From Felis catus (Eukaryota): a stretch of 64,000 nucleotides of DNA. The translations under genes and the position numbers were made by a program. Where the stretch lies: contig NC_058368.1 in assembly GCF_018350175.1 (NCBI RefSeq), positions 148,616,001 through 148,680,000 on the forward strand, given 5' to 3'. Each line of letters starts with the position of its first letter. Position 1 is the stretch's first letter. Below, one piece after another: positions 1-13,059 of the stretch. The notes below the pieces were generated by a model that was given only the letters and a program-made list of their open reading frames with translations, was not told the origin of the DNA and searched no databases.

Positions 1-197
1 TCAGTTGAGCACGTGACTCTTGATATCAACTTAGGTCATGATCTCACGGTCCATGGGTTGAAGTCCTATTTTGGGCTCTGGGTTGGCAGTGCTCAGCGGG
101 ATTGGGATTCTCTCTCCCCCTCTCTCTCTATCCCTCCCCTGCTCATGCTCTCTCTCTCTCAAAATAAATAAATAAACATTTAAAAAAATAAATAAAA
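1..197 (+). mobile_element. Can-SINE (tRNA-derived carnivore SINE), 5' end cut by window
   Basis: tcagttgagc...ggtcatgatctcacgg core, (CT)n tract, aaaataaataaataaacatt tail. Confidence 0.9.
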
Positions 198-645
198 CAG
201 ATGAACTCAGGGGGATAAAATAAAAAGAGGGGCAAACCAGAAAACAGACTCTTAACAATAGAGAACAAACTGAGGATTACTGGAGGGGAGGTCAGTGGGG
301 TCGGTGGGAGGTGAGCGGGTTAAATAGTTGGCAGGTATTAAGGAGGACACTTGTGATGAGCATTGGGTGTCCTATGTAGGTGATGAATCACCAAATTCTT
401 CACCTGAAAGAAAAGAAAGCATATACTAAAAACCTTAAAAAAGAGAGGGGGGTGGTGTTAATTATAGAGAAAAGACTGATGATTGCCAGGGTAGGGGATT
501 AGAGGGATGGGTTAAATAAGTGATGGTGATTAAGGAGTATTGTATGTAAAGTGCTGAATCACTAAATCCTATACTTAAAACTAATATTATGCTGTATATT
601 GACTAACTGGAATTTAAATAAAAACTTGAAAAAAATAAAATAAAA
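195..645 (+). mobile_element. Two carnivore L1 3'UTR fragments in tandem
   Basis: cagactcttaacaatagagaacaaactgagg...gatgagcattgggtgt, then a second G-rich 3'UTR ending aactggaatttaaataaaaac plus A-rich tail. Confidence 0.8.
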
Positions 646-789
646 TGACTAATATGTAGATAAAAAATTGGAAGAAAGAGAGATTTTGAATATCTAAGAG
701 TAAAAAATACATGAAAAAGTCATTCTGGGTAACCAATAATAAAAAGTAATCAATAAACAAGAGACTCTTCAGTGTGAGAAAACTCATTA

Positions 790-1330
790 TGATAGGCAAC
801 TAAGAAAACCCCAAAACCTAGGCCTTTGGTGTATACACACCTTCTCATAGTTATTCAGTTAAACATTAATTAGGTATGGCAATGAAGGTACTTTGCATAT
901 ATAATTAAGGTTTCAAGTCGGGTGACCTTAAGAAGAGATTATCAGGTGGGCGTGGCCAAATCACATGAGCCCTTTAAAACAAAGTTTTCTACAGCTAGTT
1001 GGAGAAGAAAAAACTATAGAGGTGTATTCTTACAAGCCTGGAAAAAAGCAATCATGTGTGCTGTGAATTGCCTTCATGTGTCCAGCTGCAAACAACTATT
1101 GGCAGCCTCGAGGAGCTGAGAGAAGTCCCTGACCAACAAGTAAATGGAAAACAGGAACTCAGCTCACAACTTGAAGAAGCTGAATTCTGCCAATTATGAG
1201 TTATAAAAGAGACCCCAAGCTCTAACTAAAATTACATCCCCAGTCAACACCCTGATGTCAGCCGATTGAGACCAACCAGAGAATAAAACAATGCCATGAC
1301 TGGAATTTGGACCTACAGATAAATGCTTGT
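790..1330 (+). mobile_element. MaLR LTR (MLT1E-like), decayed
   Basis: gtgtatacacaccttctc...ttattcagttaaac...gtgaccttaagaagagattatcaggtgggc...tcacatgagccctttaaa resembles the MLT1E-type consensus. Confidence 0.65.
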
Positions 1331-1339
1331 GACATATAT

Positions 1340-3110
1340 TTTAATTTTTAAAAATAATTCACATATAATACCATTCACCCATATACTATGTTTGTTGGTA
1401 CAATTAGAGAATTGTAGATAATCACCACAATTTCAGAGAATTTATATCACCTAAAAAGAAACTCCATACCCATTATCAGTCATTCTCCATTTTTCCCAGT
1501 CCAATCAGCCCTAGGTTATCACTACCTAATTTCTGTTTCTAAAGATGCATCTATTCTTATACAGTATAGTATGACAAGGTCCTTTGTGACTATCTTCTTT
1601 ATTTAGTATAATGTTTTCCAGGTTCATCTATATTGTAGCATATATAAGAATTCTATTTCTTTTAATGCCAAAAATTTTTCCATTTTATGTATATACTATA
1701 TTTATCCATTCATTAGTTGATGGACATTTGGTTTGTTTCTACTCTTTGGATATTGTGAATAATGCTGCTATAAGCATTTGCGTAAGAGTTTTTGTGTGTA
1801 TATGTGTTTTCTAATTTTCTAGATATATATCTAAGAGTATATGTGTTTTCTAATTTTTTAGATATATCTGAAGTGCTGGGTTTTATGGTCTATATTTAAC
1901 ATTTTACAAAACTGCCAAAATGTTTTCCAAAGTGGCCACACAAGTTTGCATTCCCACCAGCAATGTATGAATGTTTCTATTTTTCCACATTCTCACCAAT
2001 ATTTTTCTTTTTTTTTCCTGTTGTTTTAGCTATCCTAGTAGATGTGAAGTGGTATCTTATCATGGTTTTAACGTTAGTTTCCCTAAAGATTAATGATGCT
2101 GAGCATTTTTCATCTGTTTACTGGCAATTCATATATATTCTTTGGAGAAATGTACATCCTTAATTGGATTATTTATCTTTGATTAGCACATTTAAAGAGT
2201 TATGTATTTCAGATATAAGTCCCTTGTTAAATATACAACATACAAATATTATCTCATATTTATATATTATTTCACTCTATCATCTGCTTTGGAGAATAGT
2301 TTCTCACTTTGATGAAGCCCATTTAATGTACTTTCTCTCTCTCTCTTATCACTTATGTTTTTGGTGTCACATCTAAGGGATTTTTGCCTAATCCAAAGGC
2401 TCAAAGGTAAACTCCTAAGTTTCTTATAAGAGTTTTACATTTTTAGTTTTTACATTTAGGTCTATTATCTATTTGGAGTTATTCTACTATGGTGTGAGAA
2501 AGAGGTTGAACTTCCTCAGTTCCATGTAGATACCCAGTTTCCCAGCACCTTTTGTGAAAGAGCTATTTTCCCTCCATTGAATTGACTTGGAACCACTGTT
2601 GGAAATCAATTTACCATAACTGTGAGGATTTATTTCTGTTCTATTTTATTCCATCGATCTACATATTTATGGCTGTACCACACTATTTTTATTACTGTAG
2701 CTTTGTAACAAGTTTAAAAAAAATAAGAAATATAAATCCTAGAAATTAGATCTTTTTCAGGGTTATTTCCCCCGCCTGTATTCTGGGTTCTTTATATTTC
2801 CATATGAATAGAACGAATAGAATATTACATAGAATAAGCTTGTCAAATTTTGTAAAAATCCAGCTAAGTTTCTAATAGTCATTGCACCAAATTGGCAGAT
2901 CAATTTAGCTATATAACATAAGTTTGAGCACATAATGTTTTTATTTTCTTTTATCTAGGAGCATTTTCTGTTGTGTTTCTTCTCCTTTAGCCCATTGATT
3001 ATTTGGAATTATGTTTAATATGAACATATTTCTGAATTTTCAAAATTTCCTAATATTTCTAATTTATTTCATTTGTGGTTCGAGAACAACCATTGCAAAA
3101 TTGAACTCTT
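1340..3110 (-). mobile_element. Old L1 (L1M class) 3'UTR and ORF2 3' remnant
   Basis: Antisense L1 motifs: ttgatggacatttgg, aataatgctgcta, cattcccaccagcaatgtatga, gtgaagtggtatct, tcccagcacc, aaatcaatttaccata. Confidence 0.85.
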
Positions 3111-3132
3111 TTCAGCTATTAAGAAACCTTTT

Positions 3133-3347
3133 GGGGTGCCTCGGTGCCTCAGTCATTTAAATGTCCAACTTTGTCCCAGATCATGATTTCATAGTTACTT
3201 AGTTTGAGCCCCGTGTTGGGCTCTGTGCTGACAGCTCAGAGCTTGGAGCCTGCTTCAGATTCTGTGTCTCTCTCTCTCTCTGCCTCTCCCCCACTCTCAC
3301 GCTGTTTCTCTCTGTCTCAAAAATAAATAAACATTAAAAAAAAAACT
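3133..3347 (+). mobile_element. Can-SINE
   Basis: ggggtgcctcggtgcctcagtc head, gacagctcagagcttggagcctgcttcagattctgtgtctc, (CT)n, A tail. Confidence 0.92.
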
Positions 3348-3754
3348 TTAATGGACTAGCATGTTATCTGTCCTGGAATTTGTTCCATGTGTGTTAAAGA
3401 ATCATGTGTATTCCACTTTTGTTGGGTGGAGTTTTCTACAGATACATGTTAATTCTAGTTCGCATATAGTATTTTTCAAGTATTCCCTCTTCTTCCCCCT
3501 CTCCCTGCCTCATGCTGAATGGGAGATTTATACTCAGTCAATATAACCATTACTTATTTTTGTTATTTTTGTATCCCTGAGGTATGCTGATTCTAGACAG
3601 GGTCTTTTCTTTTACTTTAGAATCTATGTCTAATTTTCTTTGAGACAATAAGAGGTCATTTGAAGATCTCACACTAGGATATACTTCTACACTATAACAC
3701 AATTATCCACAAATATAAAACAATTGATTAGGATTATAATTTTTTAAGCTAATC

Positions 3755-3922
3755 TTTTTTTTTTAATTTTTATTTTGAGAGAGAGAATATGTGCAAGTTT
3801 GGGAGGGGCGGAGAGAGAGAGACAGAGAGAATCCAAATCATGCGGGGCTTGAACTCACGACCATGAGATCATGACCTGAGCTGAAGTAAGACGCTTAACC
3901 AAATGAGCCACCCAGTTGCCCC
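3755..3922 (-). mobile_element. Can-SINE, internally shortened
   Basis: T tail, (GA)n, gagatcatgacctgagctgaag...gagccacccagttgcccc. Confidence 0.88.
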
Positions 3923-4379
3923 AGAAACATACATTAATTTCTAATGAATATATGAATACACCCCGAATTTTTCCAAAATATTTTATGTAGTTAAGGGCAT
4001 GATCCATCAACAAGTTTCACTGGTGAAAATTAAAAATTCCTAGTTAAAAAAATTGCTAATTTATAATAATTATATTATTTACCCTGATGAATCTCAAAGC
4101 TGCTTAGTATGCATATATGTTTTATGTTCATGTAGAAGAAAATAGATGTAACACTAATGTAGCATAAAGGCAACATTTCTTTACAAATATAGAATTTGCA
4201 TTGCATTTCTAATTAAGAATGATTACTGTGTACTTTAAAGCATTTTCTAAATTAAGCCTGTCAGATATACTTAAAAAATATTTTAGAAGGGAAGCATAGC
4301 AAAGTATTTCACTTGTGATGAATTGTACCTTGTATATATGTACTAAATACAATTTCTAAATGCTAAAACATATGTTATA

Positions 4380-4575
4380 GGGGCTCCTGGGTGGCTCAGT
4401 CACTTAAGTATATGACTTCAGCTCAGGTCATTATCTCACAGTTTGTGAGTTCGAACCCCATGTTGGGTTTTATGCTGACAGCTCAGAACCTGGAGCTTGC
4501 TTCGGATTCTCTGTCTCCCTCTCTCTCTGCCCCTCCCCCATCTCTCTCTCTCATAAATAAATAGACATTAAACAT
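4380..4575 (+). mobile_element. Can-SINE
   Basis: ggggctcctgggtggctcagtc head, B-box-like gagttcgaaccc, (CT)n, aaataaata tail. Confidence 0.92.
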
Positions 4576-5419
4576 TTTTTAAATATGGTATATATAGTTG
4601 CTTTATTATCATTGTTGAGGAATCTACCTAGGATAATGTACTATAAATACAATCACATAACTATATACCTATAAGTATTTATTAATGTAATACTCACTAA
4701 GTTGCCTAAACCCAAAGTCAAACTTAATACAAAAAATTTAAATTTTCACAAGCATAATATGCTAGTATAATATATGCATAAGATATTTTCACTTATACCT
4801 AAAGATCAAAGAAAGTTTATGTTAAGAGAAATAGACCAAACATTTCAAAACGTTTTCTTCAGTCTATTGATTATTCTTAGATTTTTTAAATTTTAATATT
4901 GGATATTGTTCTAATTTGCATGCAGGGTGTTGTAACTGATTAACATTTTCAGGATGGTAGCTAGAAAAAACATAAATGAACAGACAAATTAATTTTAAAT
5001 CAGAGAACTATAAATTCAGAGATTTTTAGAAATTAAATTCTAGACAAGAAAAAAAAAACTTGCTAAGTGAGTAAATATTGAAAGGTTCTTTCTCTTCTAG
5101 AGGAACGTGCTAACACTGCCCAGGTGAGAGGACATTGAGACTGCCACAGGCAGCAGTATTCTGCTGGAATTGAAAAAGAACAGTGGAGACTTATAGTGGG
5201 AAAATGGGCTAATGTACAGATTAGATTCTATTAAAAACATAAACACAAAGCTATTTTTCCATGCTCCAAAATTTTCTTCATAAAACATTTGAAGCAAGAG
5301 AGCAACATACAAGAAGCAAGAGATAGACCTAGAATGTTTTGCAGCATTTAGAGACAATTGCTTTCAGAATGAGAACACCATATAAAGTCAAAATTTCTCA
5401 TAGTCTCAAGGCTTTTTAC

Positions 5420-6190
5420 TAGCTTTACTGAAGTATAATTGACAAAAAATATTGGAAGATATTTTAAATATACAACATAATGATTTAATATACATTTAGT
5501 ATACATTGTGAAAGGATTCCCCCATCAAATTAACACATCCATCGTGTCACGTATTCACCTTTTTTTTTCTTGTGATGGGAACATTTAAGTTCTACTCTCT
5601 TAGAAAATTTCAATTACACAAATACAATAAAATTGTATTTTACTGTAATGATAATACAATAATATTGTATATTATTAACTATAATCATCATTTTATACAT
5701 TAGATCCTTAGACCTTATTCACATTATAACTAAAAGTTTATTATTTTATTAACCTCTTCCTGTTTACCCTACCCATCAGCCCTTGGCAACTTTTCTACCA
5801 TGTTTTTAGGGAGTTGAATTTTTTTTTCTGTAGGTTCCACATATAAGTGATACTAGGCTGTATTTTTCTTTCTCTGTGTGGTTTATTTCCCTTAGCAAAA
5901 TGCCTTCCAGTTCTATCCATGTTGTCTGAAGTAACAGGATTTCCTTCCCTTTTAAAGCTTAATAATAGTCCTTTGTGTATGTGTGTATCTCATATTTTCT
6001 TCATCCATTTATCCATTCATCTATCCATGGGCTCTTAGACTTTTTAAATTCTAATAAAAATTCATAACATTAAATTCACCATCTAACTATTTGTAATTGT
6101 ACAGTTCAGCTGTGTTAAGTATATTCACATTGTTGTGCAACTGATCCCTAGGACATTTTCATTTTGCAAAACTAGAACTCTATTCTTAAG
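5420..6190 (-). mobile_element. Old L1 3'UTR fragments (L1MA/L1MB-like), two pieces
   Basis: gaagtataattgaca...acatttaagttctactctcttag...ttccacatataagtga; second piece attcacattgttgtgcaac. Confidence 0.75.
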
Positions 6191-6199
6191 ACTTTTGAA

Positions 6200-7020
6200 A
6201 CCAGCAGTTAATTTAAAGTAACTAAATTTGCAAACAACATAGTCTTGGTCAGCCCAAGTCCTCATGAATCAAATAAATTTCCTGGCATAGCTGCTTAACA
6301 GACTAAAGTATGTGCAATCTCTGGAGTAAATAATATTACTCCACTTTAGGCAGTACTTTAAAATACAAATCTCATGGGAAATATTTTTTTTTAATGAGAG
6401 GACTTAAGAAGGAACAGGAAAATGTGATTCTTTAATAAAGAGCATTAATAATTAGGAGACTTATTCAGCGGTTGGAATATCAGACCAGAGCTTTAAAATG
6501 ATTATTATGTTAAAGTATCCAGAGAAAAAGATGAAAATTGGATTAACAGTGGAGAATTTAGACAGAAAAACTATCTCTACCACCAACAACAAAGTATCTG
6601 AAATAAGGATTTCAATACATGTAGTTAACTTTGTCTTTTATATGTAGCCTAGTGCTATCAGTGACCTCAAAGAAAAACAGAGAGGAATTTTTCACACTAA
6701 TGCACAAAGGGGTAAAGTAAGGAAAAACATACAAAATAAGATGAATGTTGGATAATATCAAACAACCGGCAATAGGAATTGTTGAATTCTCAGAAGGAAA
6801 CAAGAGAATGAATAGAGAAGAAATATTTTAAAAGGTAATGTCAAAGAATTCTTGAAAAATAATGAAATCCTTATCCACAGATTCAAGAAGCTCTATAACT
6901 CTAGACAAGATAAGCACAATGAAAACCTTACATAAGCTCCTATAGTCAAACAACTGAAAACCAGTGATGCAGAGAATATCATAATGCAGCCAGAGGAAGA
7001 AAAAAAATGCATTACAACAA
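6200..7020 (+). mobile_element. Highly decayed old L1 ORF1-region remnant
   Basis: A-rich; ataggaattgttgaattctcagaagg...cacagattcaagaagctc...atagtcaaacaactgaaaacca resembles the L1 ORF1 RRM region. Confidence 0.55.
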
Positions 7021-7462
7021 CAATATGTGCATATGTACGTATGCATAGGTTTCTCAGTGTTCCCTTAAAACATCTTGGTCTCCTGAAATACAGAAATGTA
7101 TACAAATATAGCTAGATATTTGCTTGTACATACCTTAGGAGCATTTCATTCTTCATATCACATAAGAATTAGATATGTTGTCATTTTTCTAGCCAAATGC
7201 CCTTATCTGAGAGGATCAAATGGTTACAGCATAGGTTGCTAGGTTGAACCTCAAGTTATAAGACTAGAGGGTGATATATCTGGATATTTACATTGTAAGA
7301 AATAGGAAATCCAGAACTTGAAATCTTTTTTAAGTCATAAAAGTTAGAGATCCACCGAGTTTATCTGATCCTTAGAAAAATATCTATTTCAAGATGATTG
7401 TAAGAAACAAGGATCCTTTTCATCGTATATCCAATGAGCAAAAATTGTCTTTGTCTCTCTCA

Positions 7463-7580
7463 GTATGTATATGTATATGTGTATGTATATGTATTTGTGT
7501 ATGTACATGTGTATCTGTGTGTGTACATGTACATGTATATGTATGTGTGTGTATGTATATACAAATGTGTATATGTGCAT
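7463..7580. repeat. Imperfect (TATG/TG)n simple repeat
   Basis: gtatgtatatgtatatgtgt... seen directly; explains the spurious ORFs at 7389-7786. Confidence 0.9.
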
Positions 7581-7899
7581 ATAATTTGTTTATACTTATA
7601 TACTCTTATATACTTTATTTATTTATTTACTTGTTTGTTTTCCAGAAAGGAATGAGCTTTCTCCTTATACAAATGGAGAAAATCCATTATCCTCCTTCCC
7701 TTCCCTATGAAGTGACTGGCTTCTCTTGTAAGGTGTTTTTTTTATTTTGTTTCCATCTGGCTTTTGTTGCATTTCACCTTAGGTAAGGTTTGTGGCAAGG
7801 CATAGCCAACATACTTATTATTTACTATAATTAACAAGAAATTATTGCCCAGTCCAGAACACTTTATCTGCACATTCAGGATAAAACGACTAACCATAA

Positions 7900-8289
7900 T
7901 AATTAAAACTCAACCTTGGGGCACCAGCTGGCTGATGCCAGTACTTCTTAAAGGACACAATAAAACTTGTGCTTCTACTGTTAGAAAAACTGCACACTGC
8001 ATCCTGGTGTTACTACCGAAGGAACTGCCAGGGTGAAGAAGTGTCACTAGAGTAATGTTCACAAGAAGAGAAACAGATAAGAAGACCACATGAATGTCCC
8101 AGGAATGATCAAGTCCCTCCTTCCTCCTCCTAACTTAAAGTATCCTTCTAGTGCCATCTACTTTCAGAGCCTAATGGAGCCAGCTGAAACAGCAGATAGC
8201 TGTTCTGTTCATAGTTCTAGGTCCAATATCAAAAAGTAGAGTAGAGAAAGGCATATTTGTAGCTCAGACATAACAACTAACTAACACAG
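7900..8289 (-). mobile_element. Old ERVL-class LTR (LTR33/LTR41-like)
   Basis: cagagcctaatggagccagctg...gagtagagaaagg...agctcagacataacaactaactaacaca resembles the reverse complement of the LTR33/41 5' end. Confidence 0.5.
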
Positions 8290-9139
8290 ATTGTTTTTAA
8301 GAAACAGGAGATATTCTATCAATCTATACCATCTGATACTCCTATGAGTGATTTATTTATTTTTCTTTTTGAGATAGCGTCATTTAAATCTGAGCTGAAA
8401 ATTTTTCCAGGTTTTTTGTTTGTTCAGCATTATATTTTAAATATTTAGAAAGGAAAACAGATTTGTTCTCTTTAAAATTTATATTAGAAAAAATGTACAG
8501 ATTGTTAAATACAAAAGTGTTGGTCTCTTAAACTACATTCTAAGCAGGAGCAAATGGTAAATGAAATAACAACAAAGCACAGATGTAAACTCTGTTGATT
8601 TGACAAGAAGAGCAAAGTTTAATCAAAATGTCTTATAACTCTAAAGAATTTTGTTCAGCTAGAAGGAAAAGGCAAATGGGGGTGGTGGTAGCTGACAGAG
8701 ATACCCAAATAAGTGTTTTCTGATGTTTGTCAGGATTTATGCAGTGGTGCAAATATAGACATACACATTCATAGGTGTGAGAAAATGTCATCATAACTCC
8801 CTGTAGCAGAGAAATGGATTTTGGTTAGTAAATACATTTATAACTGTCTTGTGGGGAAAGGTGAAACCCTTGAGGGAATCATTAGGTAGGAAGTCTATAA
8901 AAGAACTAGCTAAAATTTTCTCCACGAGAAATAAACAAGAGTTTGTGGAGTAAGAGAAGGGTATGGGAAGAGATCAGCCGTGACATGGCATGAGGCTAGG
9001 GCTAGACACAAGGGAAAAAGAGCCAATATAACATATCCCATGAAATAGGTTATAAAAAAAAGAAACAATTAAATACATTTATGCCTAAATTTCAAACTGA
9101 ATGTGTGAGTATGTTTTGTGGGCATACATATGCAGAAGA

Positions 9140-9870
9140 TATGTATATGCACACACCACATCTTCTTTATTTATTCATCCATGGACACTTAGGCTGCTTC
9201 CATATCTTGGCCTTTGTAAATAATGCTGCAGTGAACATAGGGTTCTATGTATCTCTTGGAACTGATGTCTTTGTTCCCTTTGGTAAGTAGCTAGAAGTAG
9301 AATTGCTCAATAATATGGTAGTTCTCTTTTTAGTTTTTTGAGGAACCTCCATAGGGTCCGTAGTGGTTGCACAAGTTTACATTCCCATCATTGTTGCCAA
9401 CACTTGTTAGTTTTTGTCTTTTTGATAATAGCCGTTCTGACAGGTGTGAAGTGATAGTTACTGTGGTTCTGATTTGCATTTCCCTAGGAATTAATTAGTG
9501 ATGTTGAATATCTTTTCATGTGTCTGATGGCAATGTGTGTGCCTTCTCTGGAGAAATTTCTATTCAAGTTCTCTGCCCAGTGTCAGTCAGGAATTTTTTT
9601 GTTGTTAATTTTCATAAGTTCTTTATATATTTTGGATATTAACTGCTTTTCAGATGCATGATCTGCAAATACCTTCTACCATTCAGAAAGTTCCCTTTTC
9701 ATTTTGTTGATGGTGTCCTTCACTGAGCAAAAGTTTTTGAGTTTGGTGTAATGTCATTTGCTTATTTTAGATTTTATGGCCCTTGCCTAAGGAGACTGGA
9801 GCAAAAAAAAAAAAAAAATTACTGCTAAGACCAATGTCAAACAGCTTACTGCCTATATTTTCTTCTAAGA
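9140..9870 (-). mobile_element. L1 ORF2 3' fragment
   Basis: atggacacttaggctgcttccatatcttggc, ttgaggaacctccata, tgacaggtgtgaagtg, ttgctaagaccaatgtc. Confidence 0.88.
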
Positions 9871-10414
9871 AACATATTTATTACAAGCCTTCTTAAACAC
9901 TTCACTATATGAATTACAGAATGGGTATCTCTCCCTTAAATGAAAACACTGCAGAAGATACAACGAAAGTAGCTTTCTAGAATCATCTTTATTACAGGTT
10001 TTCTTAATTTTTAAAAATTCAGAGAGTGCTCTCCAAACTACCTATATCTTGCTTCTTCAAATATTAATGAAAGTATATTTATTTAAGCTTTAATATTTCT
10101 TAAAATAAAAAGTATTCTGATTTCTTTATATTATAATATTCAACTGACCAGACAAAATGCACAGTTCTATATTAATTTTATCATCTACCTGTGATTTAAT
10201 ACTCTTCCACAAGCTGTTGAAAACTATTTTGATTGCTATGCAGCCACAAAGAGATATAAAAATCCTCAAGTGTCTAGCTACTCATTTTTCCCAGTTAATT
10301 ATAAATATAAGAAATGTAAATGGGGAAAAATATTACAGTATAATGAAGATAATATCTACAAATATCATTCTTTTTCTTGAAACTAATTCTCAAATAAGCA
10401 CACTACATTCAAAA

Positions 10415-10532
10415 CTTTATTTTTTAAGATTTTATTTTCAAGTAATCTTTACATTGAAGACGGGGCTGAAAATCATAACTCCAAGGTCAAGAGTCACATG
10501 CTGTAGCAGTAACTGAGCCATTCAGATGCCTC
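10415..10532 (-). mobile_element. Short Can-SINE fragment
   Basis: ttttttaagattttatt...ggggctgaaa...tcaagagtcacatgct...aactgagcca. Confidence 0.7.
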
Positions 10533-11149
10533 AAAACTTTAAAAATTTTAAAATAATAGTTAACTCAGTGGCTTCTCTTTTAGTTTTCATTGTAGCTAAT
10601 ATATTAATATTCAATTGTAAAATTATAATTATTTTGACATTATTTAAATAAACACAACATTATCAAAATGGAAATACAGCTGGCAATTACCTAAGGGAAA
10701 AAAAGTCAGAGGAAATGTAGGCATTTTTAATCTATCAAAAATACTATTAATGACATTAAAGCACCACGTTATCTGGGAGTACACACTCTATTGAATACAT
10801 AAAACTCAAAGGAATAATGTATACAAGACAAAGATGGACCTGACCACATTGCAATTCAGCACAGTTGACACTGGCGACTTAGCATGAAATATAAATGAAC
10901 ACATTTGAGAATCATTTAAGAGTCAATCTCTACCATATTTGGATAGTTTTATAGAGGAGAGGGATAACTTTAGGTCTGCTGGGTAGATGCCTAGAGGAAA
11001 AACCTGATCTTGAAGCAGGGAAGTGATGACAAATAGGAATCTATTAGAACAAACTGGTAACTATGAAGACCAGTAACTCATGTCCACTTCTCATTGATAC
11101 CATTCTTGACAATGCAAATGACACATAAAAAAAGATGGTATCCTTTGCC

Positions 11150-11468
11150 CTGAAACTGTATAAGGATTCAGAGAAATTGAAGGGAAAAAACAAAATATCT
11201 GGCAGAGGCTGGAAAAGCTGTGGGCTCAGCTGCTGTCCTACACCAACAATGTGCATTAGCAGATTAGTGACAATGCACACACGTTGCAATGACCCCTGGC
11301 ATACTACACCAACATACACAGCATGGGGGCTGCTGTTTAACTGCTCGCTTCCAAATCTCCTAAAAATCTCCCTTGGGGCCAAAATCTAACGAAAAATTCT
11401 ACAAGGAAAGTGCTTTTTGAAAATGTAGTTTCAGCTCAGCTATGTTGACACAATACAAAACCACTACA
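11150..11468 (-). mobile_element. Old ERVL-class LTR fragment
   Basis: Reverse complement begins TGTAGTGGTTTTGTATTGTGTCAACATAGCTGAGCTGAAACTACATTT, a typical TG-start ERVL LTR. Confidence 0.5.
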
Positions 11469-11489
11469 AGTTTTATGACTTTGAGATCA

Positions 11490-12950
11490 GAAAGTATTGG
11501 AAGTACTTTCAGCAGTTAGGAATGATGTATGAAGATAGCTGGCAAATCTCAAGTGGAGAATCACAGTGCAAACCCCTAATGTTTTGTAGTAAGACCATGA
11601 TTTCCTTTGCTACCAACCATCCTCTGTTTGAAAAACAGTCTTTGGAAAGCTACTAGACCCTGGTAACTGTTAAATGCCTGACTTTGGAATACCATATAAC
11701 AAGACCACTCATCATAAATTGATCCAGTGAATAAAATCAGACCTGAGCAACAATGTTCCACTCTAAATGGAAATTTTATATCTGAGATGGTGTCTAAGCA
11801 GGTCCAGAGGCAAAAGTAAATATAAAATACAATTGGCTAAGTGTTTGCTCTTATTGCTTTGTTGCCCACAATTCAACCAACACTAATGACTTCATGGAGA
11901 ATTCCCTTTGACCAGGTAGTATAGGAAAGTGTAGTTTATAGTTGGTTGTGCATGATATGCTGGCACCCACCCAAACTTGATGGCTACTATATTACAGGAA
12001 TGGCTGTGAAAGACAGTAGTCATAAAGCACAGACTTGGGGTCCTTATGTCTAGTTTCCTACTTCAAGAGGAAGAAGAGGTAGTCTGAGGAATGAATCTAC
12101 ACTAACTCGTGAAACAGGGGCTAAGGGAGTTTTTTGATGATCAGGGCTTTGAAAGAACAAAATTGGAAAACTGTTGATAAGTAAACTGTAGGAGAACTAT
12201 TTATATGGATCTTTCAAAACGGTCAAAAAATATAAGATACTCATGTGTAATGGAAAGGCCCACCAAAGGGCAATTCAAAAGAAATAGGCTTTTAATAAAC
12301 AGGTGAAAAAGATTACTTTTCCTATGGATCTTAATCATTCTCCTTCTCCAGCCATCCTGCTGTTTGCTCAATGGGCTTATTTACATGATCTCTGTGGTAG
12401 CAGGAATGGAGACTGTGCATTGGCTCCATAATACGCATTTCCCTTAATTAAGGCTAATCTGGCCACCTGCTGCCACTGCTGGATGTTAATTGGCAATGGT
12501 AAAGGCCAATATCCAGCCAGCCTCTGGTGAAAGGTTTATTAGAGCCCTTTCATCATAGAGAAGGCTGTGATTTATCCAATGAAAATAGATGCATATACCA
12601 CATACAGATTACCTTCTCTGTTCAAAAATCTTTTGCTAGACTCTCATTCAGTGACTAAGAAATTACTGTTTGCATTTCCTGGCTTCCCACAAAACAACAA
12701 CTCTAACTACAGGCTGCACATAGGAGTACATTAATACCTATAGAATTCATGGTGGTGGCTTAATAATATTATAAAATCCTCTGTTAAGGGATTAATTGAA
12801 GTGTCAGTTGGGAATCAATATCCTGCACCTCTTTGGTTGTGTTATTGAATTTGATACATACCCTAAACCAGCTGTGAATATATGTTCCTTTTTGTGTTAC
12901 ACAGAGTGTACCCGGGTGCGGCAACCAAAGGTTTTAGTGCCAAGTAGATC
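11490..12950 (+). pseudogene. Decayed ERVL endogenous retrovirus pol (connection/RNase H to integrase N-terminus)
   Basis: Hand translation gives ordered ERVL pol motifs: GESQCKPLMFCSK (cf. GESQRRPLGFWSK), AGPE, SWRIPFDQ (cf. SWGVPYDQ), YAGT, YTNS (cf. YTDS), FNKQV, FAQWA, FPLIKANLAT; many stops and frameshifts. Confidence 0.8.
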
Positions 12951-13019
12951 ATTTCACAATGATACCTAATTGTGGGGTACTTATAATGCAGTAGATTAAT
13001 TACCCCAAATTCCTCATAT

Positions 13020-13021
<2 letters not shown>

Positions 13022-13058
<37 letters not shown>
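13022..13058. repeat. (AT)n microsatellite, about 18 units
   Basis: Seen directly. Confidence 0.97.

Positions 13059-13059
<1 letters not shown>

Noticed and set aside
7389..7786. 130-aa and overlapping ORFs rich in C/V/Y/I
   Set aside because: Translation of a TATG/TG simple repeat; not a protein.
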